NCBI GenBank assembly: GCA_049517415.1
Contig: JBEKSC010000038.1
Coordinates: 1-15,720, forward strand
Direction: 5' to 3'
Source: Candidatus Bathyarchaeia archaeon
GTDB taxonomy: Archaea; Thermoproteota; Bathyarchaeia; 40CM-2-53-6
DNA: 15,720 bases
Shown here: one piece after another, positions 7,432 to 15,720 of the stretch
How the letters are laid out: each line of letters starts with the position of its first letter
Numbering within the stretch: position 1 is the first letter of the stretch
Notes under the pieces: generated by a model
The model's input: the letters and a program-made list of their open reading frames with translations, nothing else
What the model was told of the DNA's origin: nothing
Database searches by the model: none
Position numbers and translations under genes: made by a program

Positions 7432-9336
7432 TTGAGTCGCGCTGAAGTCTTGGGACATAGGCGAATTTTGATTATTTCATTAATGATCGCAATCATAGAA
7501 GTTTCGCTCCTCGCCGGGTATCAGGCTGTCGCTATAACCGCGCCGAGTTCCAGTCAAACTGCGACCGTGAATAATCCCGCGCCTGAAGAAACCTGCACCT
7601 TCCTTGTTTTCACAGATGGAACCACTTCCTACATGCAGAGTTGTGCCACTGATGCAGTCTTGTTCAATTCAACATCCGCTTACAGCGTTATCCAAGATGC
7701 CGTTCAGAATGCTTCTGGTGGCAGCGTCTTCATCAAGGCGGGTTTGTACGTTATCTCCAATCAGATAACGCCTACTGTCAGTAATGTTACGCTTTACGGT
7801 GAAGGTTGGGGTAAAACAATTCTCAAAGCAAACACAAATATCGTAAACACAAGCAGACTCTTGACGACTGAAGATGGCATTCTCGCACTCTACGATGTGA
7901 CCGGCTGGACTGTCAAAGACATTGAGTTTAACGGCAACAAAGTCAATCAAGCCGGTTCAGGTGCAGGCAACCCAGACTTAGATTGTGTAGGTGCTTTCTC
8001 GAGTACAAGGGTAGTGTTTGACGATGTTTTTGTGCATGACTGCAAAACCTACGGCATCCACGTAGGCTCATATGGCTATTCCGAGATTCTTGACAATTAC
8101 GTTCTGAATGCGAACGCCGACGGAATTGTCCTCTACTCATACCCCACGAACTCTTACGGGAACGATATTGTTAGCCGCAACATCGTTGTGGGATCCAGTG
8201 ATGTAGGGATTAGTCTTCAACTCCTCAAGTACACGGTGGTTAGCGATAATGAGGTTGCAGGAATCAATCAAAGCGTCTCGCCTTGGGCTATCAACTCACA
8301 TAACGGTATTGACGCCGAAACTAGTGACAGCTATACTCAAATCGTAGGCAATCTAGTAACTTTCTGTCCGGGTAACGGAATCGAGTCCGCGCCTTCAACC
8401 ACCAACTACAACATGGGCATCAACAGCAACACAATTGCGGACATCGGCAACGGCGTCTATGTTTACAACACACAGCGAGCAACCATAAGCAACAACATAA
8501 TCGACAGCACAATGGGCAACAACGGCATGGGTATCTATTTGTACACTAATGCGAATGATATTGTGGTTTCAGGGAACGAGATCAGCGACACGATAGGTGA
8601 CGGTATTTTGGGCAATGGCGGACTGGCCACGATCACTGGAAACATAATCCGCCTAACCTCTACTACATCACCCGGCAAATTTGGTATAATGGTGAAAGCG
8701 AACAATAACACAGTTTCAGACAACCTCGTAGATTCGACTGGAACAACGAATGCTGAGTACGGAATAGAGGCAAATATCGGATACTATGGAATCTCAATTA
8801 TTGGTAATACGATTCAAGGATACCCAGGCAACCTTCAAGATGAGGGAATCGGATTGGAGGCTTCATACAGTAGTGCAATCGGGAACACTGTTGGCGGGTA
8901 CGCAATATGCATTTACGCCGCTTTTGGGACTGACGAAATCGTCAGCAACAATGGGCTTTCAAAATCGTCATGTCATTTTTCGATTATCGCTTCCGGACTG
9001 CAAGTTATAACTAGCAACATTGGCTACAACCCAATGGGACATCTGAGCAGTCCCTTCGATGACACCAACAATTATGTTTGCGATAATTGCGGCAGTTCAA
9101 CACCGCACAATGCCACAACGATGACCGTCACGGCTTCTCCGAAGATTATCATGATTGTGATTGGCAGTGGTTGGACTTCGGCTCATACTTTGGTAATCAA
9201 GATTGATGGCACACAAATCATATCCACCGCTACCCCGGCAGCGAATACGGTTTACACTTTCACATTAAACCCTCTTGAAACCTTCTACATTCAATATCAA
9301 AGTGGGCAAGCTACATTCATCGTGTCTGGAGAATGA
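7432..9336 (+). CDS. Secreted or membrane-anchored right-handed parallel beta-helix protein (pectin lyase fold, NosD/CASH-like)
   Basis: 634 aa. Signal-like N-terminus HRRILIISLMIAIIEVSLLAGYQAVA; cap motif IQDAVQNASGGSVFIKAGLY...NVTLYGEGWGKTIL; many (I/V)xGNxI...GI repeats; Asn/Gly/Thr-rich with several N-x-S/T sequons (NST, NAS, NVT, NTS, NQS, NNT, NAT). Confidence 0.88.
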   Translation: MSRAEVLGHRRILIISLMIAIIEVSLLAGYQAVAITAPSSSQTATVNNPAPEETCTFLVFTDGTTSYMQSCATDAVLFNSTSAYSVIQDAVQNASGGSVFIKAGLYVISNQITPTVSNVTLYGEGWGKTILKANTNIVNTSRLLTTEDGILALYDVTGWTVKDIEFNGNKVNQAGSGAGNPDLDCVGAFSSTRVVFDDVFVHDCKTYGIHVGSYGYSEILDNYVLNANADGIVLYSYPTNSYGNDIVSRNIVVGSSDVGISLQLLKYTVVSDNEVAGINQSVSPWAINSHNGIDAETSDSYTQIVGNLVTFCPGNGIESAPSTTNYNMGINSNTIADIGNGVYVYNTQRATISNNIIDSTMGNNGMGIYLYTNANDIVVSGNEISDTIGDGILGNGGLATITGNIIRLTSTTSPGKFGIMVKANNNTVSDNLVDSTGTTNAEYGIEANIGYYGISIIGNTIQGYPGNLQDEGIGLEASYSSAIGNTVGGYAICIYAAFGTDEIVSNNGLSKSSCHFSIIASGLQVITSNIGYNPMGHLSSPFDDTNNYVCDNCGSSTPHNATTMTVTASPKIIMIVIGSGWTSAHTLVIKIDGTQIISTATPAANTVYTFTLNPLETFYIQYQSGQATFIVSGE

Positions 9337-9696
9337 TTAGAGCGGTTGCGTTGGTTGATCGCCTCGGGATTAAACCCTATCTCAAACCTGAAAGGTTGGA
9401 TCAACATAATCTCCTTTCCATTATCGCCTTCTCTGACTTTAAGTCATAAGGGCCAGAACTTGTGAGTGTCTTTGACCGGTGTACGGTCCATTTCGTCGAT
9501 TTTCACGATCATAGGCCGACGAGTCACCATTGCGATGAACTTTATCCTTTTTTAGTTACGTTTATTCGTTGCCGAAGAGATAGCAAAGTATTGCCCGCAG
9601 AGGCCCTTAGTTTGAATTGCAGCCTGGGCATACACAACTCTGTCAGGAAGAAGCGGGGAAAATCGCGTTTATTTTAGTGCGATCGAGGACTTGATC

Positions 9697-11547
9697 ATGC
9701 CCGCAGCGAAGTCAGAGATTATCACGTCATCGCATACCTCGATCTTTCCATGGCTCGGCGCTCTTCTGCTCTTGCCTCTGACCGGAATGCTTGCATCGTA
9801 TTTTGCGTTTCGCTCTGTTCTACTGCTCATATGGCTGATCTTGGCTGCGACTGCGTTTTTGTCTCTAGTGAGGATTCGCCCCGAGTCTGCGGACGTATTG
9901 TTTGTCCTTGCATTGAGCTGCATCAGCTTATGTCTCTTGCTTTCAAACGCGTTGGTTTCAATGAACATTACTGGACAGGATATTCATCAAGAATTCTATT
10001 TGTTCGAAAGAGTTCTCGAAACCGGTCAATGGCAGTGGAACGCTTCTACACAAGAACTTGGTACTCGATACAATTCTGCGTTAAGCATAACCATTCTTCC
10101 GTCCATCGTAAGCATTGTCTCTGGAGTCGATGCAGTGTCGGTCTTCAAATTCATTTTCCCCATCATCTTCTCCCTTGTCCCCATATTCCTCTACAAGACT
10201 TATCGAAAAATCCTCACTCCACAAAACGCTTTCATCTCCGTTTTTCTTGTAATGGCATATCCCAATTATTACACCGAGATGCTAGGGTTGGCTCGTCAGC
10301 AGATTGCGGAAGTTTTTCTCACCTTACTGGTGTTGATGTCCCTCTCTTTTCAGACGGGGAAAAACTATGAAAGAAGAAGGACCTCACAGTCCATTGTTAT
10401 GATACTTCTATCTCTTAGCATCATACTGGCGCACTATTCGATCGCGTACATCTTTTTCATTCTTCTAATCGTCTCCATCCTCGCAGGTCGAATTTCGCCA
10501 AGGAACGCTAAGCCATTACTGGACCGTGAAACCTCACTTCTTTGGGTAGTGCTAGCGGTTGGCTGGTATTTCTTTCTTGCAGGAGGATCATCCCTACTTG
10601 ATGCAATACACCGCATTCAGGGTGTTACCGGTGGAATCTCAGACTTCTTTAGTTTAGAGGCTAGACCAACAATCGTGCAAGAGGCAATAGCAACGAACGC
10701 AGGGGGCGGAGTATTGCACTTGCTGAGCAGGGTGACCCAATATGCAGTCGTGATAGGCATTATACTGGGCGTCTTCGCGCTTTACGTGAAGAGAAATAAG
10801 AGTGATGCAGAGAAGAAAATGCTTCCTCTTATGGCTACATCGGTGGGGCTGCTTATCGCTACAGTAATTCTGCCCTTTTTTGCTAACTTATTCAATTTCT
10901 CGCGGTTCTTTCATGTCGCCCTTTTATTCGTAGCGCCATGCTTTGCTATCGGTCTGGAATGGGCCGATCTGTCGTTCCGATCAATATTCCGATTTCGATT
11001 TCCCTCTAGCTCCCTGCACCTTCCGACTGGGAAAACAATCGCGGCGGTCGCAATGGTAGCCGTACTGTCTTCTTATTTTCTCTTTACTTCTGGATGGGTG
11101 TGGGCGATCACCATGGACAAACCTGTATCTGCCGGGACGGTCTTCGATTGGCAGAGAATGCGGGAATCACCTGACACCAACATCAAGATCGCTTATTTTG
11201 ATGACTATACGCCTCAGCAGGATCGTGACGCGGCTCTTTGGATTAACTCCTACGGCTTAATGTCGCGAGCCGTTTGTGCGGATTCTGATTCGAAATTCCA
11301 CGTGTTAGCGTCCTATGGTGAACAGGATCCGAATAAGAACATCGTTGGGTATAACACACATGAGCTTCCATACCTATTTCTTTGCGAACGGACAGGCGAT
11401 TATGTCTATTTGAGCACATTGAATATGGTCTACGGCTTGGGAACAAGTGGTTATGCGGTGTGGCCGGTTTCGAGGATTTATGGGCAAGTCCTGACCGAGA
11501 ATCGGGTCTACTCAGGTGTGGCAGTTATCTATATGCCTGAGACATAG
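9697..11547 (+). CDS. DUF2206-like archaeal polytopic membrane protein (candidate GT-C fold enzyme or polymerase)
   Basis: About 616 aa (ATG 9697, or TTG 9691) with many TM helices. Motifs GQDIHQEFY, YNSALSITILP, ARQQIAEVF, AHYSIAYI, NFSRFFHVALLFVAP and C-terminal ENRVYSG match my recollection of DUF2206. Confidence 0.8.
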   Translation: MPAAKSEIITSSHTSIFPWLGALLLLPLTGMLASYFAFRSVLLLIWLILAATAFLSLVRIRPESADVLFVLALSCISLCLLLSNALVSMNITGQDIHQEFYLFERVLETGQWQWNASTQELGTRYNSALSITILPSIVSIVSGVDAVSVFKFIFPIIFSLVPIFLYKTYRKILTPQNAFISVFLVMAYPNYYTEMLGLARQQIAEVFLTLLVLMSLSFQTGKNYERRRTSQSIVMILLSLSIILAHYSIAYIFFILLIVSILAGRISPRNAKPLLDRETSLLWVVLAVGWYFFLAGGSSLLDAIHRIQGVTGGISDFFSLEARPTIVQEAIATNAGGGVLHLLSRVTQYAVVIGIILGVFALYVKRNKSDAEKKMLPLMATSVGLLIATVILPFFANLFNFSRFFHVALLFVAPCFAIGLEWADLSFRSIFRFRFPSSSLHLPTGKTIAAVAMVAVLSSYFLFTSGWVWAITMDKPVSAGTVFDWQRMRESPDTNIKIAYFDDYTPQQDRDAALWINSYGLMSRAVCADSDSKFHVLASYGEQDPNKNIVGYNTHELPYLFLCERTGDYVYLSTLNMVYGLGTSGYAVWPVSRIYGQVLTENRVYSGVAVIYMPET

Positions 11548-11584
11548 AATCCGAATTGAAACGTTTGTAGCGTAAAACGCAAAA

Positions 11585-12847
11585 TTGTTGCATTATCTAC
11601 CGAAATGCGTATGCCTCACGATTATGAAAGTCAGCGATTCAGCGGAAGCAGGAACTGACGTGCTCATATCGCAGAGCAAATACAGTATGGAACATGGTAT
11701 AAGCTTGCGAGTTGCACATTTGTCTCCTAGTTTCTTGCCAATCATTGGCGGAACTGAAATTTACATTAGCAATCTGGTCTCAGCTCTCGGAGAAAAAGGA
11801 GTGGAAAGTGAGGTTATCGCCCTCTGTGACTCGGAGAAATGGATACCATCACGAAGTGTTAAGGAACGGTTGATGGGAGAAACACGGATCATCATTTGGC
11901 CATCACATCGTCTTGTTGGCAAATTCGCCTTGTTGGCATCCATGTTAGTCAGAGTGCATTTGTTTCCATCTCAAGTTTCTCGCCTTAGAGAGCATTTGCG
12001 CAATTTCGATGTACTGCACTTCCATGATGATCTGGACTTATCATTTCCGATGGCCCTGTTGGCTGTCAATAAACCACGATTATTCTCATGTCACAGCTTG
12101 TGGACAACGATGAGAGCACCAAACCTCTTTGCGCCAAAACTTCTAGTAAAATCGGCCGATCTCTTCCATGTCTTCTCGGTGGCAGATCAAAAGAAGTTAG
12201 AGGGGATAGGAATACCTGATAGGCGAATCAGAGTGATACCTCAAGGTGTAAACGTCTCAGAGTTTCGACCACCAGAAAGCCGTCCACAACGCGATAACAT
12301 ACGAGTTGTTTTTGTTGGCAGAATTACAAGAATCAAAGGACTGATGACTCTCCTAAGAGCATTCGCGTTGGTCAATAGAAGCCAAGCTGGGCACCGCGTC
12401 GAACTTCTAATAGCGGGACCTGTTTGGGATCAGACATGCTACAAGGAACTGGATGACTACAAGAGGGAAATGCAATTACAGAACGTGAGGTTTGTGGGAC
12501 CCGTGTTGCCGTCCAATCTGCCAACGTTCCTCCGGAGCGCCGACATCTTTGCCTTTCCTTCCTTGATGGAGACCTTCCCCATAGTAGTGCTTGAGGCGAT
12601 GGCGTCAGGTCTCCCTGTTGTTGCTACCCCTGTAGGTGCTCTTCGAGAGGTTGTGACGGAGAACGAGACCGGGTTTCGGTTTCAACCAAGGGACTATGAA
12701 ACCATGGCAGAAAAACTGATGCTTCTGAGTTCAGACCGAAGGCTCCGTGAACGAATTGGAAGAAAGGCCCGAGAGAGAGTTGTGCGGTGTTACTCAAGCG
12801 AAAAGAATGCGCTTAAGATATTAGAGTTATATCGAGAGCTATCATGA
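11585..12847 (+). CDS. Glycosyltransferase family 4 (GT-B); true start probably ATG 11624 or 11687
   Basis: RVAHLSPSFLPIIGGTE, FDVLHFHD, VIPQGVN, VFVGRITRIKG, ADIFAFPSLMETFPIVVLEAMASGLPVVAT (E-x7-E). Confidence 0.95.
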   Translation: MLHYLPKCVCLTIMKVSDSAEAGTDVLISQSKYSMEHGISLRVAHLSPSFLPIIGGTEIYISNLVSALGEKGVESEVIALCDSEKWIPSRSVKERLMGETRIIIWPSHRLVGKFALLASMLVRVHLFPSQVSRLREHLRNFDVLHFHDDLDLSFPMALLAVNKPRLFSCHSLWTTMRAPNLFAPKLLVKSADLFHVFSVADQKKLEGIGIPDRRIRVIPQGVNVSEFRPPESRPQRDNIRVVFVGRITRIKGLMTLLRAFALVNRSQAGHRVELLIAGPVWDQTCYKELDDYKREMQLQNVRFVGPVLPSNLPTFLRSADIFAFPSLMETFPIVVLEAMASGLPVVATPVGALREVVTENETGFRFQPRDYETMAEKLMLLSSDRRLRERIGRKARERVVRCYSSEKNALKILELYRELS

Positions 12848-12849
12848 AT

Positions 12850-13179
12850 TTGGTTTCGCCACGACGCTCGCGTCGATGCTATACTGGTCGTAAGATGCAA
12901 GGGCTCTCCTGATCCAACCTGCAGATCGATCGCATATGAGTAGTCTTGCGTGGAGTGGTCCTGGATATCGCTCTCTTTCCTCTCCAGGTGATTATGTAGA
13001 ACTCACGTGTACTAAAGTCATGGAACTGTTCGAATATGAGCTGCAATGCGGGGCTTGAGGTAAACCTCGCCGTTGAGACCTCCTGCGAAGACAGGTAGCA
13101 TCTCCTTCGGCTGCTCCTTGGTCGCGGGTACCAGTCGAGCTCCTAGACCTGCAGCCGGAATAACCGCTTTCTCAATCAA
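12850..13179 (-). pseudogene. galU: Truncated, doubly frameshifted UTP--glucose-1-phosphate uridylyltransferase (GalU-like)
   Basis: From TTG 13179 (GGAGG at 13197-13193): [43 protein letters not shown], extra C near 13050, [28 protein letters not shown], 2 extra nt near 12965, QDHSTQDYSY...WRNQ, then it meets the 3' end of the convergent GT4. Not in the ORF track. Confidence 0.9.
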
Positions 13180-13362
13180 GGTTGCGAGTCAGCCTCCATC
13201 TTCTCCACACTTCAGATTTCTTTAACACACTACTTTCACTTCAAATTTATCCTAGTCTGTTTGACATTGCACTGGGCGGAAGGAACAAATCCGGATACCT
13301 AAAATCTATGAAGAGGCCACGTGAGCGTCTAGGTTCTCGACTGCTAATGGGAGTTTTCTAGA

Positions 13363-14343
13363 ATGAGCGTCGAAGGAAAGGTGCTAGTCACGGGTGGAGC
13401 TGGATTCATAGGCTCTCACCTGATCGATAACCTACTTGAAAACGGTAAGGTTGTGGTATGCTATGACAACTTCAGCCGATACTACTCTGGAAAAGAGCTT
13501 AACGTCAGAAGGCATTCCGATAATCCGAACTATCATCTAGTGAGAGCAGATGTTCTAGATTTCGAGAGCCTTTCCCAAGCTACGAAGGATGTTGAAGTGA
13601 TTTACCATTTGGCTGCTCAACCGGGTGTCCGTTACTCTATTGAGCATCCGCTAGAAGTCACGCAGATCAACGTCTGCGGCACAACGAATGTGCTAGAGGC
13701 CGCACGTCGGAGAAAAGTCACTAAGATCGTCTATGTTTCCAGCAGTTCTGTGTACGGTAACCCAGAACTCATGCCTGTAAAGGAAGATCAGCCGCTGCGC
13801 CCAATCAGCCCATACGGCGCCAGCAAGCTGGCTGGAGAAAAGTTTTGTGAAACTTATGTCAGACTCTACGACATGGACATAGTGATGCTGCGCTACTTCA
13901 CAGTATATGGGCCTGGCCAGAGACCTGATATGGCAATGCGAAAGTTCGTCACCCAGATATTAGAAAATAGACCGCCCATCATTTACGGTGACGGGACCCA
14001 GATGCGAGACTTCACGTATGTTGATGACATCGTCGCCGGAACAATCGCGGCAGCAGAGTGTAAGGGAAACGCAGGTGAGGCTTTCAACTTGGGTGGAGGA
14101 CACAGAATTACCATCAATGATCTGGTACAGCGTCTGCTCAAGTTGTGCGGTAAGGAGCGCGAGATTCAACCAGGTTACGAACCGGCGAAGTTGGGCGACG
14201 TTGAGAACACTCATGCAGACATCGCGAAGGCGAACCACGCACTTAGATACAATCCTAGCACGGATCTCGACCAAGGCCTGATGGGATTTACCCAATGGTG
14301 CGCTCATACTAGCAGGCCAAGCGACCTCCAACCCAAGCATTAA
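13363..14343 (+). CDS. NAD-dependent NDP-sugar epimerase/dehydratase (extended SDR), most like UDP-glucuronate 4-epimerase / CapI type
   Basis: 326 aa: VTGGAGFIG, HLAAQPGVRYS, SSSSVYG, SPYGASK (YxxxK), RYFTVYGPGQRPDMA, GDGTQMRDFTYVDD. Confidence 0.95.
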   Translation: MSVEGKVLVTGGAGFIGSHLIDNLLENGKVVVCYDNFSRYYSGKELNVRRHSDNPNYHLVRADVLDFESLSQATKDVEVIYHLAAQPGVRYSIEHPLEVTQINVCGTTNVLEAARRRKVTKIVYVSSSSVYGNPELMPVKEDQPLRPISPYGASKLAGEKFCETYVRLYDMDIVMLRYFTVYGPGQRPDMAMRKFVTQILENRPPIIYGDGTQMRDFTYVDDIVAGTIAAAECKGNAGEAFNLGGGHRITINDLVQRLLKLCGKEREIQPGYEPAKLGDVENTHADIAKANHALRYNPSTDLDQGLMGFTQWCAHTSRPSDLQPKH

Positions 14344-14498
14344 GGTACATCGAAACCAAAGAAAAAGGACTTGCCGTCTCGGAACTGTATGATACTCTTC
14401 GACTTAATGATCACTCAGTTTCTAGGGATGAAGTGGTAGATCTGGTTTGGCGGTTGGCTGGGCAAAACAAGCTTGATTTGGATGATGTATTTCTCTGA
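14337..14498 (+). pseudogene. Start-less remnant of a small winged-helix-like domain
   Basis: Frame open 14313-14498 with no start codon before the domain: ALRYIETKEKGLAVSELYDTLRLNDHSVSRDEVVDLVWRLAGQNKLDLDDVFL*. Three amphipathic helices plus a short strand, judged by pattern only. Confidence 0.35.
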
Positions 14499-14627
14499 AT
14501 CGTCAGATATAATTGGCCTATCTCATATAGAGGGACATAGCTGATTAGGTAATTCGTCACTATCAGCCCATATCTAACAGTTGAATGTTGAACCGACAGC
14601 CTATCCATACGTTCGGAAGTATGCAGC

Positions 14628-15720
14628 TTGGGGGAAGGATCTAATGCGGTTTCTGCGGCTAGGGGCGTATCCTATCTCTGGTTACAGACCATTACCCAGT
14701 CCGTTGCGCAAATTGTAGCTTTCGCCTTCTTCGCCCGGCTCATATCTGTAGGTGAGATGGGCGTATTCACGATTTTGAATCTGGCGTCCGGAGGTGCGTC
14801 AGCGCTTATGGGGCTCGGCGTGTCAAGCGTCACGACCAAATTCATTGCGGAAAATATTGCTCAAGGGAAGAAGAAGGCGGCGGCTTCAGTCTACTATAAG
14901 TCCCTTCTCTTGAGCGAGTTGGCTTCCATCATAGTCGCGGTAGTTTTGCTACTTTCAAAGTTTCCTGCAGGCGTTTCCAACCTACCAAACTCGCCGCTAA
15001 TTTCAGCCATCGGCATGTTCTTTGCGATTGATGTTATCGTGATCATTGGGCCAGTCGCGGCGGCGGTGTTCTATGGGTTACTTGAATTCAGGGGCTATGC
15101 TTTGATCTATGGGATCTACGCTAGCGCCAGACCATTGATGGTTGTTTTACTCGTCTATGAGACCGGTTCCTTACTCGGGCTTGTGGAAGCGTGGGTAATT
15201 TCTGATACCGTCTTGTCAGTCTACGTGTTCCTGTATTTCTGGCGGAGGCTTGGTCCGCCCGTTTTTCAGTTTAGCACGAAATATCTTCTAAAACTTTCCA
15301 CTCCGCTTTATCTTGCGACACTCGCGTCATTCCTGTACAGCTCGTTTGATAGGCTGACCTTGATCCCGTTAGTTTCACTCACTGCTCTGGGGGTTTATGG
15401 AGCCGCGGTAACCGCCTTCTCCGCGTACAGTGGTCTGATAGCTGTTTTCAATTCGGTTTTGCTTCCGGTCTTCTCGGGGGCGCATGGAGTTAAGGGACCT
15501 GAGGTGTTGGTGGATTCCGTTAGGACGGCGTCTCGGTATGTGTCGATTGTTGCTATGCCTTTGGCGTTCGCGCTAATCGCAACTGCCAGGCCCGCGCTTA
15601 CCTTGCTTGTTGGGGGGGCGTATCAAGGAGGTGTAATTCCACTCGCTGTACTAGCGCTTGGGTCGATCGCTAGCATAGTCGCGCTGTCGCTTGGTCCTGT
15701 CCTGATCGTTCTGAACGAGA
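14628..15720 (+). CDS. Wzx/AglR-like oligosaccharide flippase (MOP superfamily), partial, runs off the right edge
   Basis: Manual translation from TTG 14628, open to the window end: MGEGSNAVSAARGVSYLWLQTITQSVAQIVAFAFFARLISVGEMGVF...LGVSSVTTKFIAE...YLLKLSTPLYLA...SFDRLTL...ALGVYGAA...SVLLPVFS...ARPALTLLVGGAYQGGVIPLAVL. Confidence 0.93.
   Translation, partial: MGEGSNAVSAARGVSYLWLQTITQSVAQIVAFAFFARLISVGEMGVFTILNLASGGASALMGLGVSSVTTKFIAENIAQGKKKAAASVYYKSLLLSELASIIVAVVLLLSKFPAGVSNLPNSPLISAIGMFFAIDVIVIIGPVAAAVFYGLLEFRGYALIYGIYASARPLMVVLLVYETGSLLGLVEAWVISDTVLSVYVFLYFWRRLGPPVFQFSTKYLLKLSTPLYLATLASFLYSSFDRLTLIPLVSLTALGVYGAAVTAFSAYSGLIAVFNSVLLPVFSGAHGVKGPEVLVDSVRTASRYVSIVAMPLAFALIATARPALTLLVGGAYQGGVIPLAVLALGSIASIVALSLGPVLIVLNE

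Noticed and set aside
9750..10370. 206-aa alternative-frame ORF, and the other short ORFs nested in or antisense to the main genes
   Set aside because: Shadow ORFs with no motifs, overlapping well-supported genes.
1..15720. CRISPR array, rRNA/tRNA genes or a defence system
   Set aside because: No regularly spaced repeats, RNA gene signatures or defence-protein motifs were seen on manual reading.

Overview
Surface-glycan (S-layer N-glycan / exopolysaccharide) biosynthesis locus, most likely archaeal. The DUF2206-type membrane protein, frequent TTG starts and a GalU remnant with the insert seen in TACK/Bathyarchaeia-type enzymes suggest this; the taxonomy is inference. Apparently intact genes: a beta-propeller glycoside hydrolase-like protein, a MaoC/PhaJ hydratase, a two-domain GNAT, two GT4 glycosyltransferases, a secreted beta-helix protein, a DUF2206-like membrane protein, an NDP-sugar epimerase and a Wzx-type flippase (missing from the ORF track, runs off the right edge). 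The main finding is a resident GNAT gene split into two pieces (about 4775-4487 and 2604-1884, minus strand) by a ~1.9 kb recombinase-free insert. The insert is bounded by a 21-bp imperfect direct repeat and carries a MaoC hydratase plus an intact homologue of the GNAT it disrupted, which looks like an in-situ acyl-decoration swap cassette. Most larger intergenic gaps hold decayed genes (a clear galU pseudogene, a probably frameshifted methyltransferase and weaker remnants). All calls come from manual translation and motif recognition; no searches were run.
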